A stretch of DNA of 64,000 nucleotides from Octopus sinensis (Eukaryota). The stretch spans positions 101,618,001-101,682,000 of the forward strand of contig NC_043003.1 in NCBI RefSeq assembly GCF_006345805.1. Direction: 5' to 3'. How positions within the stretch are numbered: the stretch's first letter is position 1; the number at the start of each line of letters is the position of its first letter. This document shows positions 1-14,255 of the stretch, one piece after another. The position numbers were made by a program, and so were the translations under genes. The notes below the pieces were generated by a model. The model searched no databases, was not told the origin of the DNA, and saw nothing but the letters and a program-made list of their open reading frames with translations.

Positions 1-131
1 AACTTCCACCGGAGCCGTGTGGAGCTTAGGTGTTTCGCTCATAAACACACATATCATCCGGCCTGAGATTCGAACCCACTATCTCTCGACCGCGAGTCTG
101 CTGCTCTAGCCACTAGGCCATGTGCCTCCAC
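1..131 (-). mobile_element. Head of the same SINE family as 51118-51503
   Basis: Reverse complement gtggaggcacatggcctagtggctagagc...ggttcgaatc; the element runs off the window start. Confidence 0.75.
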
Positions 132-568
132 CTCATACATTGCATATGTGTGTTCGGTAACAACACTGGCACTACTTCTAATTCATATTTGAATTTATTC
201 CTATGTCTGCATCATTTGGGCATACCAGCATATAGTCATGGACAGGCTATTCAATTTGCCTCCTGTTTGGTTTAGGCATGTGATGTTGATAAGCCACAAA
301 AATGGTGAAACAATGACGTCCATCACTCCTGAATGGAACTTGGGGTGAGTTGTCTCACCTGCGTATGACTATGACTTTCAGATGTCTTAACATCTGGGGC
401 TTTGAAAGAGTCATCTCCATCATATCAAGTTGCAACTAACCAGTGAACAAGCAAAGTAGCTACATTGTGTACGAGTATGTGTGTTCAATGCGCATTTGTG
501 TGTGTGTCATTTAAAAAAGTGGGAAAATTCCACAGTCTTTTGAAACATTGGTGATTTTCTCATTTTAG

Positions 569-635
569 CCTGTTGATGCCAAAGGTCAGTTGGATTATCG
601 TTATGATGAATTTGGCTTCAAAGTTGAAGAAGAAG
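569..635 (+). CDS. SGSM3: SGSM3 exon ([22 protein letters not shown])
   Basis: ttttag acceptor at 568; donor GAAG|gcaagt (GC type); phase 1 matches the next exon. Confidence 0.85.
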
Positions 636-1135
636 GCAAGTACAGTTTTCAAATTCCTATCTTGTAGATTAGTGAAATCAGTAATTCTAGTCTCAATAGA
701 TTTCATCTGTAAAATGGTTTTGATTTTCTTCAGTTGAAACTGGTTTTACTCATTAACACCACTGAGATGCATGAGCATCACGTTTTTTGTTTACCCCTCT
801 GTCTGTCTCTCTCTCTTTCCCTCCCTCCCTCCCCTCTTTCTTTCTCTCTCTCTTTCCCTCCCCCTCTCTCTCATAATTTGAGGTACTGTGCCTTGTTAAC
901 AAAAATGAAAGCATGAATGTTTGTGATAAATTGCCACTTTTGATGAAATTGTTCTGTGTGTGTGTGTATGCGTGTGTACATGCGTGTGTGCTATAGGTAC
1001 AGGTGTGGCTGTGTGGCTAAATAGTTTGTTTTCTACTGCGTGGCACTATGAGCAAGTGTCTGCTATGAGCAAGTTCTGAGGCTGACCAAAGCTTTTGTGA
1101 GTGGATTTACTGGATGTAAACTGAAAGAAGCCCCA

Positions 1136-1177
<42 letters not shown>

Positions 1178-4100
1178 ATTAATCGTTACTGTATTGGAAT
1201 TCAGTTAAATATTCATAATCCAGAGAAGTGAACCCAAGATTTACCCATTGGATAAAACACAGTGGGATTGCTTACCCCAAATTTTCATTAGAACTAGATG
1301 TGGTTAACCTTAACCTGGATTATCACTTGGTGATTGAATGGTACCCACCTGGATATTGTATCCCTATCCATTTACTATAATATATGTGTGCGTGTGTGTA
1401 TGTATGTATGTATGTATGTATGTATGTATGTATGTACTGTTTTATGGTAAAAGGTATTTATAGTTTAATTTTCTTGTGTTTATCTATTGCTGCAGATGGT
1501 CCTGAAGAGAATTCTAGCAAACTACTCAGCACACCTTTCATTGAAGATCCACAGCACCGTTTAAAGTGGACAGCTTATTTAGAATTTACACACAATAATG
1601 AAGTTGGTGACTTGACCTGGGACAAGGTATGAAATTACTCATGCTTCATTTCTCCTACTTTTATTTTTAAACACAGTAAGTAGCATGCAAAGGTAATTTG
1701 AGATTACTACACTGATTTGGTTGAAGAACTATGGAGATATTCCACTCTTTGCTGTTTGGTCATTGATTACAGCGATGAGAATGGAATAAATACAAAAAGT
1801 TATTTTTATATGTAAATGTCTCATTGGGTTGCTGGTTCATTGCAGGATGCTTTTGCTTTGTGTAGTAGTGTATCTAGAGCAAATGGTGGTGTGTAGCTTA
1901 GAAGTTAGGGTGTTGGACTCATGATCGTAAGATTGTGGTTTTGATTCCTGGACTGGGCAACGTGTTGTGTTCTTGAGCAAAGCACTTGATTTCATGTTGC
2001 TCCAGTCCACTCAGATGGCTAAAATGAGTAATCCTGTGATGGACTGGCGTTCTGTCCAGGTGGGGAAATATATACGCCATGGAAACTGGGGAACTGGTCC
2101 TTATGAGACAGTATGACTCCAGAAGGAAATTTTACTTTTACCTTTTTTTATCTAGAGAAAGTTGGGCCTACAAAATCTGTTCCTCCATGGAGGACTTTAG
2201 TTTAAAATTACAAATTATCTGAAGAGTTGCCAACCACCTCGTGTTACTTATATACAACTAGGTTTATATTGAGAAATAAATACTTAGACTAGGGGCATAG
2301 TAGTGTACAGCACAGATAACTAGATATGATCTTTAACATAATCTTTTTCTGAATGACAAGGATGCTTAGAGCTAATGCTTATCTCCAGTTTCCAGTTTAG
2401 CGTGGGGTGATATGCTGAGCTGTCACAAGTGTGGAGAAATTGAATTCACTACTACAGACCAATGAACTCTTAGTCAGGTCTACATAGATATCACTATTGA
2501 ATTATACCACCTACAGTAACTACTAAAAGAGTGCTATTATATGGTAGCTTGATCTGCTAGTTATGGTAGCCAAATAACCTTTAAACCACATCCACTATCT
2601 TTAAAAATGAATGGTACATGGTACATCTAGAAGTACATTATCCTATGTTTGAAATATTGTTTATATTTGCTTCATCAAAGAGGAATGGGCAGTGCTCATG
2701 GCCCTTTACAGGACTTGAGAGATGGGTGAAAAGAAGCAAGTGAGTTATCCTTTGACTGAAGCCCTTGTTTGAATACCAGCATCAAATGGTACTCTATTAA
2801 ATGTATCCAAGAACCAGTTAATAGTGTTAAACTGGGTGACAGATTACGTCAACTACCTGAATTAAGGTGGGCAATCATTTCCAGATTGCCTTTGATCATT
2901 AACAACTTAAAGGTAGGCCCTGCATGATCTCTCTGCCAGCTAGAAATATTGGCCAAATTCCCTCTTATCAACACTGCTATCTTAAAATAGGAAGGATTCA
3001 TTGGACTGTATTGTTCTTGACATACAAAAATAGTGGAAGTCCCAGCAGAGGCACTTTTGATGATGGGGTTTTACCTAGAATTAAGCAACAATAAAAACAA
3101 CTGAATGTGAACCATAACTACCTCTCCTGGCTGTTGTTTACCATATCGACTCAGCTGTCCATACTCTTCCCTTATCTCCACTAGTAAACCAGCAAAGCCA
3201 CTTGGAATGCTACCTCTATCGCCTGATTGTAAGTACTCTTTGAGGAATTGGTAAACTTTCAGAATAGTTATCACTGTTTCATGGAGAAGAAATTGAGTGG
3301 TTATTTCCTTCACTTTTTAATATTCTTGCATTTCATGCAATGGGAATTACAATTCTGGAAGAATTGTTTTCACCCAAAGTTCAGTTATTTTTTTAATGTT
3401 TTTGCTCCCTAATTCCATGACCTTTCCCATCATTATAGCTATTTCAAACTCTGCTGCAGAGTTTTATCAGAGAGTATAAAGTTTCTGTTGAGCTCCCTTT
3501 TCCTTGAATGTGAATGATAGTTGTCAATACATGCATACATTTTTTGAGATCTCAGGACAATATCTGGACCCAGGTATTGTCCTACATGATGTAAAAGTAA
3601 TCCATCCTGTCTAACATTTTCACCACAGGTAGAAGACCGCCTGCCTCGATCGGAGAAATTCCGACAGATGATTCGACAAGGGATCCCGCATTCACTGCGT
3701 TCTCAAATCTGGATGCGAGTGTCTGGTGCTCTGGAAAAGAAACACAAATCAGATATGTCTTATAAAGAAGTTGTCAAAGAAAGTTCCAATGACCATTTGA
3801 TGACATCAAAACAAATAGAAAAGGTTTCATTTTTTCTTTCTCTCTTCTTTTTTTGACACCTTTGTGTTGGCTTTTTCTTATTATCTATTCCTCCTTTCTT
3901 GTTTTTGTTCAGAAAGAAAGAAAATATCAAATTACTTTTTCTTTTAACTTATCTGCCATTTCCACCTTTACAACCATCACCTGCATACTATCTGTTGGAT
4001 GGCATGTAGTCCTCCATTGGACCTCTCAGTTGGCATTTGCAGATGGATTACTGAGTGTGCAGACAAATATATTCAATTATGGTATGTAATACTGGAAGTG

Positions 4101-5478
4101 GTATTATCTAGGCAAGAAAGGCTAACCTTAACATTGTGTGCAGTAAAAAGTTTGGAATATTTTTGTGTGATTGGAAAATGGTGCCTTACAAAATATAAAA
4201 TGTTTCAAGCTATATTAGTAGTAAAGTCTAAATTATGGAAGAGATTAAACCAAATTACTTCCTACTTCTTGGTTCTTCTTGAGTAATGGATAGGCAGAGA
4301 ATTCTCCATATAGATTAATTTCTCACTGAATCTATTCCTAATTAGGATCTTGTTATAAAGAGGTGCTGCTTCATTGGTTGCTATTTTTAGAATTTCTTAC
4401 AGTTGCATAGAAACTGGCTCATAAACTTCAAACAGATTGGTGTACATAACCAGACTTATGAAACTTGCACCAACGTTATGGATTTCTTACATTTACTAAA
4501 TCTTCTTTATTCCCCCTCTCTCTCTCTCTCTCTCAACACCACTCTTGTTTCATATCTTTTTCATGTCAGGACCTTCTGCGGACGATGCCAAGCAATGCAT
4601 GCTTCTGTAACATTAATAGTACAGGCATTCCACGGTTGCGCCGGATTCTTCGAGGTCTAGCCTGGCTCTATCCAGATGTAGGGTATTGTCAAGGAACAGG
4701 TATGGTAAGTATATCTATTTCATTCATTTTATGTCCATTTTCCCAAATTTTCAAAGGTCAAGCAAATGTTATGCGTGGCATTATTTTATAGCTGGATGAT
4801 CTTCATGATACTGACCTTACTTGATTTTCAAGTGAAGTATCGCTTATTCTGCATAGCTTAGAAGGTACAAAGTACCTGGATGATTTGTCAGCAGGAGAAA
4901 CTGATAACAACACTGGCCACTGCATCTTTGTACAAGTGATTGTACATGCAAACAAACACACAGACATGCATGCTCATACATGTACCTACCTACATATATA
5001 TATATGGTGGTCTTTCAGTTTTCATCCACTAAATCCAATCATAAGACTTTAGTGACCTGGAGCAATAGTAGAAGACACTGAAGGTGCCACACAAAGGGAC
5101 TGAACCCAAAACCATGTTGGCCAATCAATACTGTAAACTGATTAGTGATTGGAAAGGTATTCATCTGCAAAAACGATGACAAAAAAAGAAGAAACAGAGG
5201 TGACATAGACTCTGTACACTGCATCCAATCTGAGCAGTAAATCCATATATAAATTAAATATAGGGTAGAAGGAGTATTTTAGTCCTGCAGACAATCCCTG
5301 AGACACAATAAAATGCTTCTGTTCTTTGTCCTAAAATGATTTGTGTCAGAGGCATCAGATAATCATGAAAGCCAAAGCAAATACAAAGATAGGAAGTTTT
5401 CTGTTATTTTGTGACAAGTGGTGAGACATTGTACTGGAAAGTCTCATCCAATCCATGACAACTTTGTAAAATGATGTA

Positions 5479-5526
<48 letters not shown>

Positions 5527-8256
5527 TGTGTGTGTGTGTGTATGTGTGTGTTTGTATTTATGCGTATCTAAAATCTGTTGCTAAAATTTAAAGCCAGTTG
5601 AGGATCAAATTTCTGTTGACAGATTGCTGCTTCTTTGCTTCTGTTTATGGAAGAAGAAGATACATTTTGGATGTTGTGTTCTATAATAGAAGATTTGCTC
5701 CCAGCATCTTATTATTCCAGTACACTAATTGGGATACAGGTATGTCTGTTTATCTTATTACTATTAATATCTACATAGTTATTATTGTCATTGTTATTTA
5801 GTCTTTGGTAAACTGACTGAGTAGACTTATAATTAAAGTCAAACCATGGCTATCAAGTAATTTTCCTACATATAAGAAACCCAGGTAGTATGTGATTTTA
5901 GGGAGATTTAACTTCTATTTCTAGTAGATCAGGCTATCACTTAAAGGCATTCACATTGGCTACTGTTATTGGTGTTGTGGTTTTTTGTAAAGGTCATAGC
6001 TTTGACCTGATTAAATACCTTACCTTTCTGTATTCAGACTGCATTAGGGGATAGTTTTACCTGTTTTTCACATTCTCAAAGTATTACCCTTAATCACTCT
6101 AGCTATGCATAAGGCAAGGTACATGGAGTTTAATATCTAGCCTGCAGTTAAGATGGTAAGCTGGAAGAATCGTTAGCATACTGGGCAAAATGTTTAACAG
6201 CATATTATCCATCTTTATGTTCTGAGTTCAAATTCTGCTGCGGTCCACTTACCCATTTCCTCCTTTTGGGGTTGATAAAATAAGTACCAGTTGAGCACAA
6301 GGGTGTGTATCGATGTAATCAACTTACCCCTCCCCCAAACTGGCTGGCCTTGTACCAAAATTCGATGCCAATATCTTGCTTAAGATCACAAATGTAGAAC
6401 CTATACTGGACCATAAACTCTAACCTGTGATTGTCATCATTTGTTTTCATCTCTGGTGGTACCTAAGCTGACCTATATTAATAGACATGACCCATTTGGT
6501 TTTGGTAACAGAATGCTTTTCAAGCTGTGGATTTTCAAACAATAGGTTCAAAATATTGGAATTGTATATAGAAACTCTTGTCACAACATCAGCAGCTTTC
6601 TTTAAAGATTATAATGTGATGCCCAGAGGAAAACCGCTGCTCTGTAATATAATTGACTACTTTCTTTGTTTCAATTAATCTTGAAAATAATAATTTTATC
6701 ATTATTAAACTAGTGTAAGATGGCAAGCTTGGAAAACAGTTAGCATGCCAGACAAAATGCTTAGCGGCATTTCATCTGTCTTTATTTTGTGAGTTCAAAT
6801 TCCACTGAGATTGATTTTGCCTTTCATCTTTTTGGGGTCAATTAAATAAGTACCAGTTACATACTAGGATAAGAGTAATCAACTAGCCCCTCCCACTCAA
6901 AATTTCAGACCAGGTGTTAGAGACATAAATTAGTATGAAATTCTAATAGGTTTTTATCAAGATCATTTCAGGGAGTTTTTAAGTGAGTTGGCATTAAAAG
7001 AGTTAAATCAATGTAATCATACTATAGTAGAATAATATAATTATAAGATAGATATCCTTGATTTTTTTCCATACTTAATATTGTTTATTTTTGATGTAAA
7101 AATATAAACATTAGGCACCAACTCTCAAGGTAGAAGAGGTGATAAGTGTATAGCAAAGAAAATAGCTTTCAAAGATGTTCTCATTTAACACTGCACCTTC
7201 AGTTCTATGGACCTTATACAATCTACAGAATCAAACACATCAGAATTATAATTTCAAAAGAAAATATGCATTTCATGTTTCTCTATAAATTTCCAATAAT
7301 CTTATAATTTTCACAATAACTGTGGAAATATCCATGGATACTGCTTGTATATTATTATTTTATAATTACATTACTTCACTTTCCAGGCTGATCAGCGTGT
7401 TTTACGACAATTACTCATCACCCTGTTACCCAACACTGATCTTGTACTCAAAGAGCATGACATAGGTAAGTATACTTACTAAATACCCTTCTAATATTAA
7501 AGCATTTTTGCCTGCTAAGTTGCTAGTTCACAAGGAAATAAGGATTACTAACTGTTGTGTTAATCTGCATGAAGTGCATAACAGAATATGAAAGTCTGCT
7601 GTAATCATTGACCATGCTATTGACTTATAAGCTATATTGAAAATTAATACTCATATACTTAATGCATGGAACATTAAAAAGTTAGCAAAAAATATGTTGT
7701 GAGGAAAGGAAAACAATGTTAATCATTGGTTTGTATTGTTTTTCTTTTTATATGAAGCAACAAGAGATAACTACGGACAGTCTTATTCTGATGTCTACCA
7801 TGAAACATAGCCTTTACTATATTTACTCAACTAATGATGAAAGAATCACAAGAGATAGCTTATAGACTAGTTCAATAGTTTGTTACAGGAGTTGTTTTGG
7901 TGCAATATTCTTTAGTTGCTCTGTTTATATATTTACCAACAATAATACAAATGGTAACGCCTGTGTTTTATAGAGACAATGCCTTCTGGTGGCCCAGTTG
8001 CATCTGGGCGAGCATGGGTAATGATTATCCCCAGTTTTCATGGGATAACAGGGTCAATGGAAAGGTATGGGTTTGATGGGATAAATGTTGCTAGTGTAGA
8101 GGCAGGTAGAGATTGGTAAGAAGCTTACTTCCCAACCACGCGGCCTCTGGTTCAGTCTCACTATGTAGCACCCCGGACAAGTGTCTTCTGTTATAACCAT
8201 ATAGTGACAAAAGCTTTTTGAGTAGATTTGTTCAATGGGAACTGAAAGAAGCCTGT

Positions 8257-8291
<35 letters not shown>

Positions 8292-11200
8292 CTTTGTCTT
8301 GACATCATGTGATGATTGTAAAGTGTTGTTTGATTCCAGTCTTCCATAGGTAAATATTACCTAACTTGGAAGCAGGTGAAGGATGGTGGCAGGAACAGCA
8401 TTCTGTGTAGAAAATCTGCCTAAACAAATTCTGTCTCACCCATGAAAGCATTAAAAAAAGTTGATGTTAAATGATGATGATGTGTGTCAGTGGTTCCTGA
8501 GATAAACTTTTGAGATGGCCACAGATTAACATGGTTAAAGATTACATTGAATTGTTATAAATTAATACTGGATAAGAAGATTTGTGTCAGTGAGGTGGTG
8601 GAGAAGTTATGCAGGTTCTGAGGGGAGGAAGATTTATTTATCTTTTGTCAAAGTGTTGAAGGACAACTTCCAGACACTGAACCTCTCAGATGAGATGACA
8701 AAGGACCAAGATACCTGGTGACTTGTTGTATTCAAGAAAATGTGCCCTCCACAGAAAAAGTGTTAAGACTACTCGCCCTGGTATAGAGAATTGCCTTATA
8801 AGTGTTGTGTGCCAGTGCCATGTAACAAACACTCATGCCAGTGCCATGTTAAAAGCACTCAGCACACACTGTAATGTGGTTGGTGTTAAGGAGAGTATCC
8901 ATGCATAGAAACCAAACCAAATCAGACTAGAACTTGATGCAGCTCTCCACTTGCCAGCTCTGGTCAAACCGTCCACCTCATGGAAAATAGATGTTTAAGG
9001 ATGATGATGATCACAATCATGATCATCATCATCATCACAACTGGTGATCAATGGTTCAGCCATTTCTGATGATGAAGAAAAGTTAAGGAATGTCTGTAAA
9101 TCAATGCAGAACAAATATCTCAAGGAACTTCATTGATAATGCACTGGGTTTTTGTCTTTTTTTTTTTTTGGTGGGGAGACTGATTTTGTTTATATCCTTC
9201 ATTAATTTACAGTAGCGAATCCCACATATACTTACACATAATAAACTTCCAAACAGTTTCTGTCTACCAAATTTCTCTCACAAGCTGCTGGCCAACTGAA
9301 GCCTGTTGTGGAATATCCTTGCCTAATTGTTGCAAAGTGGAATCAAACTCAGAACTACACAGTTGGAAAGCAAACTTTTTATCTACACAGCCTTCACACA
9401 ACCATGCTCTTCCTCATAGCATAAAGTACTATTGTCCAGAGTTTTGGAAATAAGAGCAGAAAGCTTTGTGCTAGTTGTGGTTAAGTGACAGAAGGTGACA
9501 TAGGGCAAGTAAGTTGAGAGGAGCATAGGCCTTTGTAAAAACAGTTATATGGAAATAACAGTGTAATGATAGACTAAGAGTTAGAAACAGCTGCAATGCT
9601 GGGTTTGAGTGTTTTTTGTTTTCCATTTCAAATATGATTTGATATTTTGTAATGCACAGTTCCAAATACAAGAGTAGTGCATGAACATGATGTATGTCAA
9701 TGATAGAAGTAAGTAGATGTGCAATTTCACATACAGGAATAGTGCACCAACATGGGATATGTCAAGTATAGAGATAGGGGCATTGTTTCAAGGTGTTGTG
9801 CACCATATCATTGATAGGGGTCAGTGTAGTTTTATCTACAGGTGTAGTGTACCAACATGAGGTATATCAAAGATTTACAGAAGACTGTTTACTGTTTTAG
9901 TGTCTTCATATAATTGAAATTTATTGGAGGAATCAGTTGGCTAGGCAAGCTGTTGCAGGGATTAAGGTGTATGTATATGTTTGTATGTTTGCACATATGT
10001 TTATATTTGTGTAACAAGATGTGTCATAGTGGTAGAGGGCTATGTTACTCTCAACTCTATGCTATATAAATTCAATCTGTCACAGTATAAGAATTGCAGG
10101 ATAATGTTTCATAGTCTGAAGAAAAAAAATTGGATTTCTTTTAATTGCCTCATTCGTTATTTTAACTTAAAAAGCGATACTTTGATGATAAAGGTTAGTG
10201 TGAATGCATATATTTGAATGTAATTTTTTGTTTGTGCATGTGTATTCATACAATTGACTCTAGTTCTTCTGTAGCTAAACATTAACAATCCATATCTCAT
10301 TACTAACCAAATATTTATATTACATAATTTGTTATTATTCTTATCATTTCCAATTTTGTATGTAGTTTCAATTATCCTTTGCCTGTTCCTCCCCACTCAT
10401 TTGCTATGAGCCCCACTAATTCCTTGGCTTGCATGTACCCTACTTTTCAGAGCTTTCTCTAATTAGCCTTCATTGGTTCCTGACGCTGTTTGCTAGTGTG
10501 GTACACATGAAGGTTCTTCTCCGTATCTGGGACTTACTTTTCTATCAAGGTTCCATTATACTCTTCCAAGTCACTATGGGCATGTTAAAAATGAAGGTCA
10601 GTATTATTCTAAAACACTAACCAACTACTTAAACATCCCAATTTTTCATCAAAACCTTATTTTATATGTTAATGCTTTACAGCTATTTTTCTAGATTCGA
10701 TAATATCTTTTTAATAAAATTTCAACTTTCATTTATGGTTGTTGGAGAGAATTGTTCTTATTGAAGCTTACTGCTCCAAGTTGGTACCAGTCATGTATAC
10801 CTATGGTCAAAAGTTTTCCAGCTGTCACTTGCATTTTTATTTAGACATTGTCTCTCTATTATTACATTGTGCAGTGTAGTCCTAGAAAGACTATGTCTAA
10901 TATATGGTCTTCTATTTTTGACCCCTTCATTGCCATATTTCTGTTGAAATGCTGTTTTTGTTTCAGTTAATTTTGAAAATAAGTAATTTAGAAAAAAATA
11001 ACTTTATTATTATTAAGTTGGTATTTGAAACAACATGGAATTTTGGTGGAAGGTTTTAATTTATATTACTTCAAACAAGATATTTGTATCACTGGACCAA
11101 AAATGGTCTCAAGTAAATTGGTATCAAAAGGATTAAGATGGTTGAGTGTAATTTCAGGGAGATTTGTCTACTATTTCTAGCAAGTCAAGTAACTGCATAG

Positions 11201-14200
11201 AAGTTTTTTTTGTTGGTTTTTGGAGGAACCATTTACTAAGTGACCATAGTCAGTTCAAATTGAATGAGCTTCTAACATAGAGGTAACTGATTGAAGAATT
11301 GGTCAATCACTTTCTTAGCAGCAGCCCTCCTTTTTTTTCTTTTTATTTTAGATATCTAGATATTTAGAACATTAAAACATTAAATGTTTATAAAGACAGT
11401 AGTTGGTGGTTTATTGAGGGAAATCAACAGATTGAGCAGATCAAGTGGCTCTGCAGAAACTTCAAGTACAGCTGAATATCATTATCTGCTGCTAGCCACT
11501 CATTGATTGACATTTAGCTGTTCAGTAGATTTTAGATAATGATGATCATGAGGATGTTGGTGACGATGATGACATTAAATGTAAATTATCATCTGTTCAA
11601 TATCAATGTATATTTTAGGTTAGTGGATTGGTAAGGCCACAATTTCTTATAATATTTAGGTAAAACCCTTTAAGTTCTGATTTCTAATTCCACTGAGGTT
11701 GACTTTGTCTTTCATCCTTCAAAGTTAACCACTGAGGTCATTATAATTAACCTTTTCTTCTTTTCCTTCCTCATGTCTATCACTCCCACACTGCCACCAA
11801 CTTGTAGCCAAGTGCCTACATAAATTAACCCTGTAGCATTCAGATTTCTCTGTCAAATGTAATGCTTATTTATTCACATTAATTTGAATTAGTCATGAAT
11901 TACCTTTTAGCTTTGAGATTTCAATGACATGATTGTTTATTTTGAGAATAATATTGTAGGTTAAGTGTCAGAAACCAGATCTAGCCAGTTTGAAGATAAA
12001 GCAGGGAGATTATTTTGGCTGGATATGGTCAGTTTAAATGCCAAAGGGTTAATATTTGTGATTGCTTAACCCTTTGATACCAACCTGTCTGGGACTTCCC
12101 TTGATTACACAATACAAATTTTCTGTTTTAATAAGATTTAAGTTAAAATTCCATCAAAATTCTATGTCAACTTATGTTCCAAACACCAGCAATAATGCAA
12201 CTGTCATTTCAAGAGCCAACTTTGCCTTTGATCCTTTCAGGATCAATAAATTAAGTACCAGTTGTGTACTGGGGTCGACCTAATTGACTGGCCCCTCTCC
12301 ATCAAATTTCGGGCCTTGTGCCTAGAGTAGGAAAGGATCAATAAATTAAGTACCAGTGAAACACTGGGGTTGATGTAAACGACTAATCCCCTCCCCCCAA
12401 ATTTCAGGCTTTGTGCCTTTAGTAGAAAAGGTTGTTGCTGCTGCAGCTGCTGCTGCTGTGGTGGTGGTGGTGACAGTGGCAGCAAGATAGCATAATTGTT
12501 AGCATCTCAGAAAGATACTGAAGAGATCTCTTCCAGGTCTTTACATTCTGAGTTCAAATCCTGTGAAAAATAAAAGATATATATACATATCTATATAATG
12601 ACAATAAAAATACCAAATTTTGTTTTGATTTGAAGAAAAGAATTGGTGAGAAATTTTTGTATGTTGTACATTTGTATATTTATCTAGGAAGAGGAAATGT
12701 TAACGTTTGACAATTCTGCTCAAATCTTCAATGCTTTATCTGATGTCCCTGGAGATGTTCAAGATGTTGACAAATTGATAGAGGTGAGTGGAAGCAAAAT
12801 ATACTTGTTATTTCTGATGAAGACTAGTTTTTCCATCAAGTAAAACTTTATGGTACAACCAGCAGAGTTACAGGCAAAATACTTTTCAGTGTTTGTTTGT
12901 ACACACCTTTACATTCTGAGTTCAAATCTTGTCATGGATACTGTGATGCCAAGCTATATCAGCTCTTGTCATTCCTTTAGACAATATTAGTAACCTAGAA
13001 TGAAGAGATTTGTATGCAGGAGCAGTTACTGGTCCTCAATACAAAAACCTTGCCAGGATCTGTGCCTTGGAGAGGATCTTCCTTGATTTAAATCCAGAGT
13101 TTCACAAAACATTTAGAGGTCATGGAATCCTGTGCCAACTTCATTTTCATTACTTAACATTCCCAGATTTAACTTCACTAATTTTTGTCTCTCTTGTTTT
13201 ATCTAACTTAAATCAGCATTGTTCCAAATGAAATTATATCTTCCTTCACAATTGAAAATTTTAAGTTTTATTGATGTATTTTAATGTTCTTTTCCTTTCT
13301 AGATATCTTTTAATGTAGCTGGCTCATTAACAGATACAATTGTTGATACACATAGAAGAAAACATTTAGCATATTTAATGGCAGATCAAGGAGCTATTGT
13401 CAACCCTGAATCTGCAAAAAATCTACCAAAACAGGTTTTTTTTCGTTTTTCTTTTCCTTCTCGTGTGTATTGTCATTGCTACAGTTTGATGGAGTAAGTT
13501 ATATTTCACTTCTACTCAACTTTGTAGATTCCCTACCACCTTAATATGAAGAATGTGATCTGAAAGATTAAGCTATGTATTAATATGTTAAACTTCAAAT
13601 GTCTTGCTATTGTGTTGAAGTTCAATCTGTGTTCACTAAGAATAGTCTGCAACTTTCCTGAAACCAAATAACTTCTGACATCTGCCACTGTGTAAAAAAT
13701 ACTGAGTTTCATAAAACCAATCTCCTTTGGTGAATTGCTAAATCTTCAAACCATCACCCACCTATGTTTCCTTGGTCACTAAAACTGGCTTTCCTTTAAA
13801 TACAGAATGAATATGAAAATTTATGTTAATTTTGAATAACTATCACTTTGATCATGCAAAAGTTTCATAGTTTTATTAGCTACATCCTAATAAGGAAAAA
13901 CAAGTCTTTGTCTCACTCAGAAATTGTACTTATTTCTGGAACAACCTGTAAGGAATTTTTTCTGCATTTGTTTTGGAAAAGTTCCTTTATCTTTTATCAC
14001 TCCTTTCAGTAATTTGTGGCCATGCTGGGGCACTACCTTGAAGAATTTCAGTTGAGTTAATCAATCTTAGTACTTGTTTTTTTTAAAGTCTGACACTTAT
14101 TCTCTTTGCTGAACTGCTAAGTTACTGAGATGTAAATACACCATCATCAGTTGTCAAGTGATGATGGGGGACAAACAGACACAAAACACTCACATAGATA

Positions 14201-14211
14201 TACGTACATAT

Positions 14212-14255
<44 letters not shown>

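Noticed and set aside
3071-3313. 80-aa minus-strand ORF
   Set aside because: No recognisable motif; intronic.
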